Shown: one piece after another, positions 1 through 12,847 of the stretch
Numbering within the stretch: position 1 is the stretch's first letter
Layout of the letters: every line of letters starts with the position of its first letter
Made by a program: the position numbers and the translations under genes
Notes under the pieces: model-generated
The model's database searches: none
Seen by the model: the letters and a program-made list of their open reading frames with translations, nothing else
Told to the model about the DNA's origin: nothing
Assembly: GCA_043228905.1 (NCBI GenBank)
Contig: JBHGNT010000184.1
Span: 1-57,621 of the forward strand
From: Azolla caroliniana
Taxonomy: Eukaryota; Plantae; Polypodiophyta
Reading direction: 5' to 3'
Length of the DNA: 57,621 nucleotides

Positions 1-3000
1 ATCGGATTCAAGAGCGTCTTTCTGATCACGCGCCACCCAGTGGTGATCAGCAATGGGTATCGCATCCGGTTTCACGATGCCCCCACACAGACTTCGGAGC
101 TGGGCTTCATTGTGCCGGAGTGGGCAGATCACCCCACAAATCCAGAGCTTGCCGAGTTTCTGAACATGAGCGAGGATGAACTTCCGACCACTGTCATATT
201 GCTGCCCATCCGTGAAGATAAGGTGCAAGCCATGCGGGAGCAGTTATTCCAACTCTCGCCTCAGCTGGTGCTCTCCTGAAGAAGATCGAGAAGCTCTCCG
301 TCCGTCAACTGAGCCAAAAGGCATCTGTCAGAGACATGTCAGTGGAGCGCCACATCTCTCCTCTTCCTCGAGAATGTGCTCCGCTCATCGACAATGACTG
401 CACTTACTCCCTGGTCCGCCTATCTTCATTGAATAAGGAAACGGTGTATCACGTTTGGAAGCAGAAGTTCCCTGTGAAGGAGGATCACGAGTTAGATCAG
501 CGTCGCCATGTCCGTTCATGGATGGTGAGCTTGGCCTTCCCTCTGAAACATGACTATAAAGACGTCGACCTGTTCTCTTTCTTGCCCACCAAGATGACCG
601 TGGGCCTACCCTTCATCATTAATGCAGATTTCCTGCTTGTCTCTTCCCGTGACACCATCCGATTCGACAGCAAATGGAATAAAGGCATCCTGTCATGCGT
701 ACCGCGTGCCTTCATCTCTGCCTTCTTGTTCCTTTTGCAATCTGCGAATACTGTGCCAGGATTCTCTGCTATAACCAAGTATGTGTACTGCTACATTCCA
801 TGCGCCACGCTTCGCGTGCGAGAGCTCGGCTTCATCCGAGATAAGATCATTCAGCAAATTAAGAGTCACAACACAGTTCTACTGGATAAGAACATTGGGC
901 AGCAGTTTCGTGGGATTCAGTCCTGTAAAGGCAGGCTTGACAATGTCACCACCAGCGGTTCTGGTGCAGAGATGAACTTCTTTTGCAACCTTCCATGGCG
1001 TTCTCTATTGACTCCGGGTTTAGAGTAGTTTTGGAGGCAGCACACAAAGAAGGGATACCACCGCCTGGCCCTCTAACATCCCAAGAATTTTTCATTGTGG
1101 ATGCCGAAATAGCAATGGAACGCCATGGAGTTCTTTCCGTAATTGGGGTTCAACCTTTGCTATGGAACGCTATCTACAAAATTTACCGGATTCCTTGTAC
1201 GTGAAGCTTCTTGTGTTCCTCTGTGAATGTCGAAAGAAGAATCATGACTTTCCAAGTGATGTGCCTCTCATTAAACACCGTGATGATCATTCCATCATCA
1301 CACATCTGATGGCATTGGTAAACCTAGGAAAGCAAGGATGTCTCCATCTTATCTCAGTGGACACCGGTCTTCAAGAAATGGATACCTGTAAGTTTTATGC
1401 CTAACAGCACCGTCCAGGCGATACATGAACTGAGTAACGAGAAACGTTCAGAACTATTTTGCTGGCTTGAAGAGGTTGCAGGTATTTGCCATTTATCCGT
1501 GCAATCGTATGCTCACAAAATTCTCAAATCCTGTAGACTCCAGCCAGAACAATCATTTGTTCTGATTGTCACCCACTTCCTTCTGCATGTATTCAAGGAG
1601 GGCTATCTATCAGCCAATGACTGCAAGAACATGTTGGCAAACCTTCCTCTAATTGATTGTAATGCAGGTCTGGTTTCGAATTTTGAAGGCCCGGTGCTTC
1701 TTCCAGCTTCTATTTGCACATGGCCACAGATTCTTGTCAATGGTTCGTGGAAAGGGGAAGCTGTGTTCCTGTCGGAACTTTACCTTAAACCACCATCCTT
1801 CATGGCTGATGAGATCACGGGGAGTGTCATCGTACAGTTCCTGAAGGAAGTACTGAATGCAGTCGATATTTGCCAGGTCAAAAATCCTCCGAATGCACAG
1901 ATCAAAATACCTTCTCCTTGGTGGCTGCCAGCAACTGATGTGAAATCGGTTTTGGGTTGGTTACAATCTCTACCCTACATTCCTTACCGGCTGAGATCAA
2001 GTTTTTAGCAGGTTGAATGGGTGAAAACCGTTGATCATGGTAGCAAAAGGCCTTCGGCTGCATTCTTAGGGAGCGGAAACTGCATCAATGTGCTGACACA
2101 AAGCGATGTACCCTTTGTGGACAACAGGTTTTATGGGGATTTAAGTCCTTTCTTTCCTATTCTCTGTGATCTCGGCATGGTGAAGCATGACAATGAAGGT
2201 GCCAAAGCTTTAGCTGCGCACATAGAAGAATTATCAAGAAATCAGATCACCTCAGTTCGCAGTGACAGTCCCGCCAGATGGTATACGTATTTACGAATGC
2301 AGAACTGGAATGGTTGGCGCTCTAATTCTCAGCTGAATGGCATATGGGTTCCAACTGGCAAAGGGAAGTCAACAAGACGCTTCTGGGTTTGTGCTGAGGA
2401 ATGTATGATTAGTGATAACGGTGGTCTCTTTGATGATTTCCTGGTCATCCTTGAAAAGTACTACGAAGCTCCAGACGTTCTGGCCTTTTTCCAGGAAAAC
2501 ATGGGAGTTGTTTCAAGCCCAGGAATAGAAGATTACTGTTCATTGTGGTTTGAATGGTGCAGGAGATCAAATTTTACAGTAAGTAGAGAGATCTGTGAGG
2601 TTGTGTGGTGTACAATTGCAAAAGAATGGAAATCCTCCTCAAGAAACCGGAGCTCAGAATTGAGCAGATTCCGGAAACGCTGCAAAATCCCATGCACTAA
2701 GTCAGACAGAGACTCAGAAGATGTTTATAGAATTTTTGTAGCAAGACCCAATGAGGTCTTGTATGCCGATGATCTCATTCTCAGGGAGATCTACGCAAAC
2801 TCTTGCCCTTCACTGAAGTTTGCCTGGTATCCGAAAACTGCGGCATCTGCATCTTGGATAGATGAGCTAATAGAAACCTACTCTGAACTTGGGGTGCGAT
2901 TATTGTCGCATGTATCGAATAATGGCCCCAGCAGAACTAACGGTCATCCGATGATAGAAGTAGGGGAAAGAAATGTTATAGGGAAAGGAATGTATAGGGC

Positions 3001-3478
3001 GATACTGGGTTTCTTGGCTAATCCCAAGCTGAAACTGCCTGCTCCGGTACGGAAGAAGATTGTGATGGAGCTTAGTGGCGTAGAGGTATGTCGTGTGAAT
3101 CAACTTGGAGAGGTGGTGTATAGTGTGCATGTGGATGGCAAGCAACATGTGGCCAGAAGAACAGCTCACGTGAGGTGGGAGAAGGCTGAGAAGCGGATCT
3201 ACTACCTCCACCTCCAGGCCATGCCAAGCGTGTCCAGCAAATTGCAGGTTCTGCATGAGCTTGCAGATGAGGTGGCCAAAGGTGTGGTGGGAGCAGAAAG
3301 AGTTGGGCTTGTTGAAGGATTGCGAGAGATGCTCTTCTCAGCTGCATCTTTCCACTTTGAAGATGAGGCGGTACAGTACCTTCTTCGCCGGAGCAACTTA
3401 CAGCTCAGTCTTGAAGATGAGGCCGTCCTAGAAGAGCTTCACATATGTGGAGAGGGTGTTATCTCAACGTACTATTAG
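1..3478 (+). pseudogene. Sacsin/NO VEIN-like GHKL (HSP90-type) ATPase gene, copy 1. Last exon only (5' exons lie outside the window), disrupted.
   Basis: Position 1 aligns to 6062 of the intact copy (IGFKSVF...PVVISNGYRIRF; LPFIINADFLLVSSRD; ends EGVISTYY*). 1-bp deletions near 275 and 988, further indels at ~1170-1390, and an in-frame TAG at 2006-2008 where copy 2 has CGG. The ORF track shows the protein split over 6 fragments. Confidence 0.92.
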
Positions 3479-4858
3479 CATGGATTCCTGCTAGATATCT
3501 GTATATCGATTCAATAGCATTTCGGAGTGCTTGATGATTATATTATTATGATTTTTGTGCAGGTGCTAAAGATATTTAGCCGAATCTAATTGTACTTATT
3601 TTTGCTTCCAGTTTCGCATTACCTTCTTTTTCAAAGCAACTGGCACCTCATTCTCAGAGATGAGGTTTTATCCTGGATTAGCTTGACCTCTGTGATGAGG
3701 GTGTTATCGTAGCATGTACATCTAGTTTGCCCTCATGCTGGTACCTGTATTCCGGTGCAGTAAGCGTATTTAACAGTACCTGGTCATGCCTTCTGTTTTG
3801 GCAGTTAAAAATTATTTAGCCAAATATTATGTATCTCATGTTTGCAATGAAAATATTGGTATTTGACAATCGCCATGCCTTATTGTTTATGGCTAAATAT
3901 CGTGTCAATCAAAGCATTTTTTAAACGCATGCGTAATCTTTCTTTGTGTAATCCTATATGCAATGGATGCGTTTCGTGATGTGGAAGAGAAGTGACAACG
4001 TCTGGCCATAAAATTATGTTGGTTATGTAGAAGTGTAACAGACAAGAGCTGGTTACATTGTTATCTGTATGCAGTTAGTTATCTATTATCTTATTAATAT
4101 GATGGATACTCGTGCCATTTCTAACGAAGTTTTTCCTGAAACAAAATGTGACAAGGAAAGAAGGTGGAACAGACCTTTGCTGCAGTGAAAACCATTTTCT
4201 TAGTATGGATAGGAGGGAAAATTATTTCTAACACAGTTTTCATGGTAACTCAGAGGGAAATGAGATTCCACAGTGATCAACATGTTGCTAAATTCCATGG
4301 AATTTGAATGGTTATGCTTAATACTTGGGATTTGTTTTGCTTTCACAGCTGTCTTGCATGGCGATTACTCATTCAAATTAGTATAAATCCAATTGCATAA
4401 ACCAACTCTAGTCTAAGTAGTTCCACCAATAGTTCTTGACATGCAGAGGTAATTACATCAACGGATATGGAATATTACATTTTAAATGTTTGTGCATTTG
4501 ATTCCAAATGTACTGTAGGAAATATTAAGTAACATAAATCCTGATGTTGAAGAGTAACTGTGGTCAGCAGTAATCAAACTTTTTATGTTGTCTACTTTCA
4601 TCTGTCCCAAATATTTTCTTCGTGAATTTTCTCCACCAAACAATGCACAGGAATTATGACTATGGGGTGTATGATTATGACATTCACAACATCTAAAATT
4701 TTGAATAATCTCAAAGTTTAATACACAAAAGTTTGTAGAACATTGATATTGGGTACAATTCTAAGCTAGCAAGCAAGTGGTAACTGAACTTGTAAAGCAA
4801 ATTTAGAGCCCTTCGTACAAGAGGAATGTTACCAGGACCATTTTCAATATGGAAGGTT
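3479..4858 (+). repeat. 3' flank of copy 1, duplicated at 9581-10810
   Basis: Collinear non-coding homology from atggattcctgct through cattttcaa.atggaaggt in both places. Confidence 0.9.
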
Positions 4859-5161
4859 ACTACTACACAAATAGGTGCTAGTAGCTATGTATATGTATAT
4901 GTGTATGTCCTTTGAGAAGTCTCCACTTCATCCTTCAGCTCATGCTCGATGATTAACATACACATACTTGTCCACCTATTTTGATCGCTTGGAGGATTGC
5001 CTCTTTAGTTATCTGAATCAATCTTTGCGTTCCTAGCTCGTTCGTGCATCTAAATTCTCCTATTTTTGAGCTTCAATGATGGTAAAATTGAAAGAGAAAA
5101 TATTCAATGTTGGGGATCAACTCCGTTGCTTGTGCCGGAATTCATTTCACTTAAATTTCAG
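4859..5161 (+). repeat. Segment homologous to 12950-13423 (upstream region of the TPR gene)
   Basis: Shared blocks: ataggtgct, tgagaagtctc..ttcatccttca, gattaacatacacata.ttgtcca.ctatt, gaaaatattcaatgtt, ending aatttcag in both. Confidence 0.85.
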
Positions 5162-5211
5162 TGATTGTGGAGGAACTAAGGGCAAACAAGTTCGGAATTG
5201 GAGTGGATGGG

Positions 5212-8200
5212 ATGAAGAACCCATTGGCTCGGGATATGCATGAATCCATACGCCATCTCGCAGCGGAGCTTTATCAGAAGGATATCCATTTTGTGATGGA
5301 GCTCGTACAGGTACGAAATCTTCTCTGCCTCTCTCAATGACATATCGTTGACCCTCAATGTATATGTATCATGGCACATTATTAAGTTCCTTTCTTATTC
5401 ATGCACATCTGAATGCATCCCAATACAATTGTCCTATTCTCCTATCTCGAGCCATGCTAATTATAATGGTACTCTACGTCTCTGAATATATATACATATG
5501 TATATTCATGCCATGATTTGTTTTTTTTTCGAGAAACAAAATGTATATTGCTGGTTTTTTGACAGAATGCGGATGACAACATGTATGGGGACGGAGTGGT
5601 GCCGAAGATGGAGTTCGTTCTTGTGGAAGCCGACGTTTTGGGTGTAGGGGTGGAGTGGACACTCGCCGTGCTAAATAATGAAGTTGGGTTCTCGAGAGCC
5701 AATGTGGAGAGTCTCTGCAGTGTCGGACTGTCTACAAAGAAGGGCAAGCGAGACAGCCATGGCTACATCGGGGAGAAAGGTATGATTCTGCTATTTCTAC
5801 TAATAATTATGCTCACAGCACCATCTTAACATGTGCGGTATAATCTTAACGACAAATGTGCTTATGTTTTCTTAATTCTGGGTAGGAAAATAGGCATGGA
5901 TTGAGAGTAGAGTCTATGTAATTGAGTGGATTGAACAGTTTTTGACGTGATGTTTTAGAAATAATATATATAATCAATGAGGGTATGTATATATAGCGTT
6001 GTTTAATGCAGCAATGCAGCAGGATTGATCAGACAATGTTGTTTGGTATGGTTTGTCAGGCATCGGATTCAAGAGCGTCTTTCTGATAACGCGCCACCCA
6101 GTGGTGATCAGCAATGGGTATCGCATCCGGTTTCACGATGCCCCCACAAAGACTTCGGAGCTGGGCTTCATTGTGCCGGAGTGGGCGGATCACCCCACAA
6201 ATCCAGAGCTTGCCGAGTTTCTGAACATGAGCGAGGATGAGCTTCCAACCACTGTCATATTGCTGCCCATCCGTGAAGATAAGGTGCAAGCCATGCGGGA
6301 GCAGCTATTCCAACTTTCGCCTCAGCTGGTGCTCTTCCTGAATAAGATCGAGAAGCTCTCCGTCCGTCAACTGAGCCAAAAGGCATCTGCCCGAGACATG
6401 TCAGTGGAGCGCCACATCTCTCCTCTTCCTCGAGAATGTGCTCCGCTCATCGACAATGACTGCACTTACTCCCTGGTCCGCCTATCTTCATTGGATAAGG
6501 AAACTGCGTATCACGTTTGGAAGCAGGAGTTCCCTGTGAAGGAGGATCACGAGTTGGATCAGCGTCGCCATGTCCGTTCATGGATGGTGAGCTTGGCCTT
6601 CCCTCTGAAAGATGACTATAAAGACGTCGACCTGTTCTCTTTCTTGCCCACCAAGATGACAGTGGGCCTACCCTTCATCCTCAATGCAGATTTCCTGCTT
6701 GTCTCTTCCCGTGACAACATCCGATATGACAGTAAATGGAATAAAGGCATCCTGTCGTGTGTGCCGCGTGCCTTCATCTCTGCCTTCTTGTTCCTTTTGC
6801 AATCCGCGAATACTGCGGTAAAACGTACTACTGCAATCAAGGATATATACCGCTACATTCCATACGAGAATCTTCGTGTCCGGGAGCTCGCCTTCGTCCG
6901 AGAGGAGATCATTCAGCAGATTAAGAGTCACAACACAGTTCTGCTGGATAGGAACATTGGGCAGCACTTTCCTGGGGTTCAGGCCTGTAAGACCAAGCTT
7001 GAAAATGTCACCACCGGCGGTTCAGGCTCAGAAATGAGCTTCTTTTGCAAACCTTCTATGGCGTTCTGTATTTACTCCGATTTTAGGACATTCTTGCAGA
7101 TAGTACACAAACATGGGATCCCACCCCCTGTACCTCTAACGTCCCAAAAGTTCTACATTGTGGACGCTGAACTCGCCCAGGGTTGTAATAAGGTGCTTGC
7201 CCTAATTGGGGTTCAATCTCTTACATGGGATCTTTACGTTAATTGCCTACGTGACCAGAAGTGGGTACTGAACTTACCGGAGGCCTTGTACGTGAAGCTT
7301 CTTGTGTTCCTCTTTGAAGCCCGGAAGAAGCATCAAATGCCAAGTAATGTTCCTTTCATTAAGTATCTTGACGATGGAAAGGTTATGCAGATGTTGAAAT
7401 TGGTAGACAAAGATCGCACTACAGTGTTTTATACATGGGGGAACAAGGATGTGTCCATTTTATCTCAGTGGACACCTGTCTTCAAGAAATGGATAGATGT
7501 GAGGTTTATGCACAGCGACACCATCCAGGCTATGAAGGAATTGGGTGAATCCAAAAGTTCAGAATTGTTTCGCTGGCTTGAAGAAATCGCTGGTATTTTC
7601 CCGTTAACCGTTCAAACATATGCCGATAAAATTCTGAAATTGTGTGGGCTGAGGGCAGAAGAAGGATTGGTTTTGAGCGCCACGCATTTCCTTCTGCATG
7701 CATGCAAGGAGGAACATCTTTCGGCCATAGTCTGCAGCGTCATGTCCCCAAAGCTTCCTGTTGTGGACTCTAAGGCAGGCGTCCTTGCAAACTTCAAAGG
7801 CCCAGTGCTCCTACCAGGGTCTGTCTGCATATGGCCGAAGATTCTTGTCAACGGCTCGTGGAAAGGAGTAGCTGTCTTCCTGTCGGAACTGTATCTTAAG
7901 CCCCCAACCTTCGTCGCGGATCAGATCACTGAGAGTGCCATCATACAGTTCCTGAAGGAGGTACTGAATGCATCCGATATTTTCCAGGTCAAAGATCCTC
8001 CGAATGCACACTTTGTCATACCTTGTCCTTCAGAGCTTCCCGCAAATGATGTGAAATCGTTACTGGGTTGGCTGCAAACCCTAGCCTGCATTCCAGACCA
8101 GCTGAGCTCAACTTTCCGGCAGGTGGAATGGGTGAGGACTGTGGAACATGGTAGCAAAAGGCCCTCAGCAACGTTCCTCGATATGGGGAAGTGGACCAAT

Positions 8201-9580
8201 GTACTGACACCACGGGATGTACCCTTTGTGGACAAGACGTTTTATGAGGATTTAAGCCCATTCTCTGTTGTTCTGAGTCATCTTGGCATGGTGACGGAAG
8301 TTGAGCAAGGGGCCAAAGCTGTGGCTGCCCACATAGAAGAATTATCACGAAATGACTTCACGTCAGTTCATAGCGACACTGCCATGAGATGGTATGCGTA
8401 TTTACGACAGCAGAACTGGATTGGTTGGCTCTATAATCCTCAGGTGAGGAGCATATGGGTGCCGAGTGGAAAGGGGAACGCAACACTAGGCTTCTGGAGC
8501 TGTGCTGAGGATTGCGTGGTTAACGATAGCGAAGGTCTCTTTCATAATAGGCTGGTCATCCTTGAGAGATACTACAAAGATCCAGATATACTTAAATTTT
8601 TCAAGGAGAACATGGGAGTTGCTTCAAGCCCAGGGATGGAGAAGTATTGCTCGTTGTGGCAGACTTGGAGCATGGGACAGGAAGGTAAAGTTGGTAGGAA
8701 AAATTGCGAGGATGCGTGGTATATAATTGCAAAGGGATGGAAGTCATTTGCGAGCAAACCGAGCTCAGAATTGGGCAGATTTCTGAAGCAGAGCCGAATC
8801 CCGTGCAGTGGGTCAGTTGACGACTCTAAGAATGCTGATACAATTATTGTAGCTCGTCCCAGTGAAGTTTTATATGCTGATAATCTTATTCTGAAGGAAA
8901 TCTTTACAAGCTCTTGCCCTTCACTGAAGTTTGCATGGTACCCGAGAACTGCAGCATCAGTGTCTTGGATAGAGGATTTAGTGAAAACGTATACAGACCT
9001 TGGCGTGAAATTATTGTCTGATGTGGTGAGCACTGGTTCCAGCAAAATTAGTTGCAATCAGATGATAAACGTACAGGAAAGGAAGATTATAGGGAAAGGA
9101 ATGTATAGAACCATACTTGGTTACTTGGGTGATCCGAAGCTGAAGTTGTCTGCTCCGGCACGGAAGAGGATGGTGATGGAACTTTGCGGTGTAGAGGTAT
9201 GTCGTGTGGATCAAGTTGGAGAGGTGGAGTATACTGTGCGTGTGGATGGCAAGCAACTAGTGGCCAAGAGAACAGCGCATGTGCGGTGGGAGAAGGCTGA
9301 GAAGTGTATCTACGTTGGGGCACCGCCAAGCATCTCCAGCAAATCTCAGATTGTGCATGAGCTTGCAGATGAGGTGGCCAAAGGGGTAGTGGGAGCAGAA
9401 AGAGTTGTGCTTGTTGAAGGATTGCGAGAGATGCTCTTCTCAGCTGCATCTTTCCACTTTGATGATGAGGAGGTACAGTATCTTCTTCTCCGAAGCAACT
9501 TGCACCTCAGTCTTGAAGATGAGGCAGTCCTCCAGGAGCTTAACATCTGTGGAGAGGGTGTAATCTCAACGTACTATTAG
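5212..9580 (+). CDS. Sacsin-like GHKL ATPase-domain protein (plant At3g48770/NO VEIN-like family), copy 2. Exons ~5212-5310, 5566-5779, 6060-9580; ~1277 aa from the first ATG.
   Basis: Spliced GT-AG exons read LAAELYQKDIHFVMELVQ|NADDN...NNEVGFS...SLCSVGLSTKKG...YIGEKG|IGFKSVF, the GHKL motifs (ELxQNAxD, GxxGxGFKS) of sacsin/Nov N-terminal domains, followed by a 1175-aa open last exon. Coding homology begins at 5161 (VIVEELRANKFGIG) but the first in-frame ATG is at 5212. Confidence 0.9.
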
Positions 9581-11221
9581 GATGGATTCCTGCTTGAGTA
9601 TTATATTATTATGGTTTTTGTGCAGGTGCTAAAGGTATTTAGCGGAATATAGTTGTACTTATTTTTGCTTCCAGTTTCGCATTACCATCTTTTTAAAAGA
9701 AACTGGCACCTCATTCTTAGAGATGAGGTTTTATCCTGGATTAGCTTGACCTCTGTGATGAGGTTGTTTTGCCCTGATGCTGGTACTTGTATCCCGGTGC
9801 AGTAAGGCTATTTAACAGTACTTGGTCAGTCCTTCTGTTTTTGGCAGTTAAAAATTATTTAGCCAAATATTATGTATATCATGTTTGCAATGAAAATATT
9901 AGTATTTGACAATCGCCATGCGTTATTGTTTTTGGCTAAAGATCGTGTCAATTAAAGCATTTTTTAAACGCATGCGTAATAATATTTCTTTGTGTAATCT
10001 TATATGCGATGCATGCGTATCTTTCTTTGTGTAATCTTATATGCGATGCATGCGTTTCGTGATGTGGAAGAGAAGTGACAACGTCTTGCCATAAAATTAT
10101 GTTGGTTATGTAGAAATGTAATAGACAAGAGCTGCCTACATTATTATCTGTGTGCAGTTACTTATCTGGTACCTTATTACTATGGTGGATACTCGTGTCA
10201 TTTCCAACACAGTTTCCCCTCAAACAAATTGTGACAAGCTGGAACAGGCCATTGCTGCAGTTAAACCCAGTTTCACACTGTCCAACATATACAAGCTTTA
10301 GGCTCTCTTCTAATGTGAATTTTTATGGTGATGCTTAATACTCAGGATTTGTTTTACTTTCACGGCTTTTTTCCATGGAGACTATTCAAATTAGTATAAA
10401 TCCAATTGCATAAACAAACCCCAGTCTAAGTAGTTCCACGAATATAGAATATGAAATTACGTCAAAGGATATAGAATATGAAATTTAAATGATTGTGCAT
10501 TTGATTCCAAATGTATTGTGGGAATGATCAAACTTTTCATGTCATCTATATTCATCTGTCCAAAAGTTTTCTCTGTGAATTTTCTCCACCAAACAATGCA
10601 GATGAATTATGACTATATGGTGGGTGATTATCACATTCACAACATCTAAACTTTTGAATAATCTCAAAGTTTAACACACACACTTTTGTATAACATTGAT
10701 ATTGGGGACATTTTAAGCTACCAAGCACGTAGTAATGGAACTTGTAAATCAAATTTATTGCCCTTAGTATAACCCCATCCCATCCGGCACCATTTTCAAC
10801 ATGGAAGGTGTAGAGGATACTGATGCAGTATAAGCACAAAAAACAACACATCTCGTCTAGGAAATTTGCATTCATCCCAATTGAACAATGTGACAGTTCT
10901 TCACAAATATATCATTTCAAATGATAGATTTATTATTGCTGAATTTTATGTTCCATATGGCCAGAAATCTTCATGGGCAGCAGAAACCTACAAATTTTTC
11001 AGCCCTTCCAGTGTGACATTCACAAGAGTACCTGTTATTTCATTTTGGGTGGGGGAATAGTCAAAAAAGGTGGAAAAAGAACTTATCCGAAGTTGTATAC
11101 CTTCACATAGTCCCATGGGATACATGTTGACAAAGGAAGAAGAAAGGAGAGACTTTTAACACCTGCAATGTAGGGAAACATATTCAAAAGGCTTTGACAT
11201 GTTTAATCTTTTGCTTTTCAA

Positions 11222-12847
11222 TCATTTGTTTGTGCCTCTTTCATGTAACCGAGACATGTTCTCTGAGCATTCCATGCGGAGTCGATTGGCTTCAGACGGT
11301 TTGAGCACTTCTTGCACATGAGCATCATCGAGCAACACCATTGCACGTCGCAATGCCTCCTCGGCATTTTTATGCGTTGAAAGTGCAGCCTGACTGTCAG
11401 GCACCACATCAAGCTTGTGTATTCCGAGCTCGCCTAACATCACTAACGATTGAATTGATAGAAGAAGACCACGTACACATGATAATCTCTTATTCTCGAG
11501 AGAACCATTCCCAGCCCCCAAATGTGATTCTCTCCATTTCATCTCTCCTATCCTTGCTGCTTCCATGAGAAGCTCCTCCGCCTTCCCATAATACTTGTGT
11601 GCCGTAGAATTGTTGCCCGAAGAAACCAACGATTTTCTTCCCTTCTGAAGAAGTATGCCACCAAGCTTCAACAAAGATGCCGCTAAGTGAATGTCATTGG
11701 GGTCATGATTGTCTTTCAATACAGAAATACACCGTTCTAACAATCCTTCACATTCATCAAACTTACCCTGTTTAAGAAGAATAGTAACCAAGAGTTCGAT
11801 ACCAGAAGCAACATCTAGGGCACTTGCATCTTTAGAGAATTCCAGTATTTGCACGGCCTTCCGTTGATTCACCTCTGCTTCTTTCAAGTGTCCAGAGAAG
11901 AGCAATACTTCCGAAAGCCGTCCCCTCCTTTTGATTGCGATGGCGGTACTACCAAGTCCAATTTGCTCAAGAATCATGATTGAACCTCGCATGAGATCAA
12001 CAGCACCGTTCACATCCCCACGCAGCCGAATCACCTCCCCTAAGTGAAACATAGTGTTCGCATACTCAGGATGATCAAAGCCCAAAGCTCTGCCTTTAAT
12101 CTTCAAAGCTTCTTCATAGCATTCCTGGGCTCGATCGAGCTTTCTTTGGAGCAAATAGAACCCAGCAAGATTATGTAAAGCGAACCCGGCACTTCCATCC
12201 TCAATACCTGAGGTCTCCAGGAGCTGAGAGATGGCCTCAACATAGAAGGGCTCAGCTTTTTCATATTCTTTTTTCATCCGGTAAAGTTCGGCCAAGTTGT
12301 TATAGCAAGATGCCACATGTGGGTCTCCGTCACCAAACCCTAGTTTAGCCTCTTCCAGTGCCTTGTAGAAGTATTTCTCAGCATCATCATATAATCCCTG
12401 AGAAGAGAGCTTCCGGGCCTTGTCTGTAAAGACCCTCCATTTGGCGGTGTGGATGTTTGATTTGGCTTCAGGTGGTTGCTGTTGACGATCTTTCTCTTCT
12501 TTTCCACCGTCATTGTCATCATCTTTCTCTTCAATTTTAGCTCCTTCTTGACAACGGACTCTTCGTTCTTCATCCAACCATAAGGCAATTGCTGAGAAGC
12601 CCATCACAAGGAGTGCATCTACAACATTTCTTCTGAAAAGACCCAATTCTGTAGGGGTCTCTCTGAAGCGTCCTGAACCCTTCTTACTCATCATGCCAAG
12701 GCACGTCATCGGAACTTGGCTGGAGCCCGTTGAATCGGAACCGGAATCTGGGTTCGGACGGTTCAGATTTACGATGGAGATTCCCTTGGTCGCCCTGAAT
12801 GTCCGAGCAGGACATAACTTGGGCAGGCTTCTGCTACAGAAAGCCAT
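11222..12847 (-). CDS. Kinesin-light-chain-type TPR protein (At5g37590-like), 541 aa, single exon, probable organellar transit peptide
   Basis: Uninterrupted ORF with SNIHTAKWRVFTD and TPR repeats (DPHVASCYNNLAELYR; ALHNLAGFYLLQRK; ALKIKGRALGFDHPEYANTMFHLG). Ser/Arg-rich N-terminus and a hydrophobic patch (VVDALLVMGFSAIALWL). Confidence 0.88.
   Translation of the reverse strand: MAFCSRSLPKLCPARTFRATKGISIVNLNRPNPDSGSDSTGSSQVPMTCLGMMSKKGSGRFRETPTELGLFRRNVVDALLVMGFSAIALWLDEERRVRCQEGAKIEEKDDDNDGGKEEKDRQQQPPEAKSNIHTAKWRVFTDKARKLSSQGLYDDAEKYFYKALEEAKLGFGDGDPHVASCYNNLAELYRMKKEYEKAEPFYVEAISQLLETSGIEDGSAGFALHNLAGFYLLQRKLDRAQECYEEALKIKGRALGFDHPEYANTMFHLGEVIRLRGDVNGAVDLMRGSIMILEQIGLGSTAIAIKRRGRLSEVLLFSGHLKEAEVNQRKAVQILEFSKDASALDVASGIELLVTILLKQGKFDECEGLLERCISVLKDNHDPNDIHLAASLLKLGGILLQKGRKSLVSSGNNSTAHKYYGKAEELLMEAARIGEMKWRESHLGAGNGSLENKRLSCVRGLLLSIQSLVMLGELGIHKLDVVPDSQAALSTHKNAEEALRRAMVLLDDAHVQEVLKPSEANRLRMECSENMSRLHERGTNK

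Noticed and set aside
554-9546. Multiple minus-strand ORFs conserved in both sacsin-like copies
   Set aside because: These are antisense shadows of the duplicated coding sequence.
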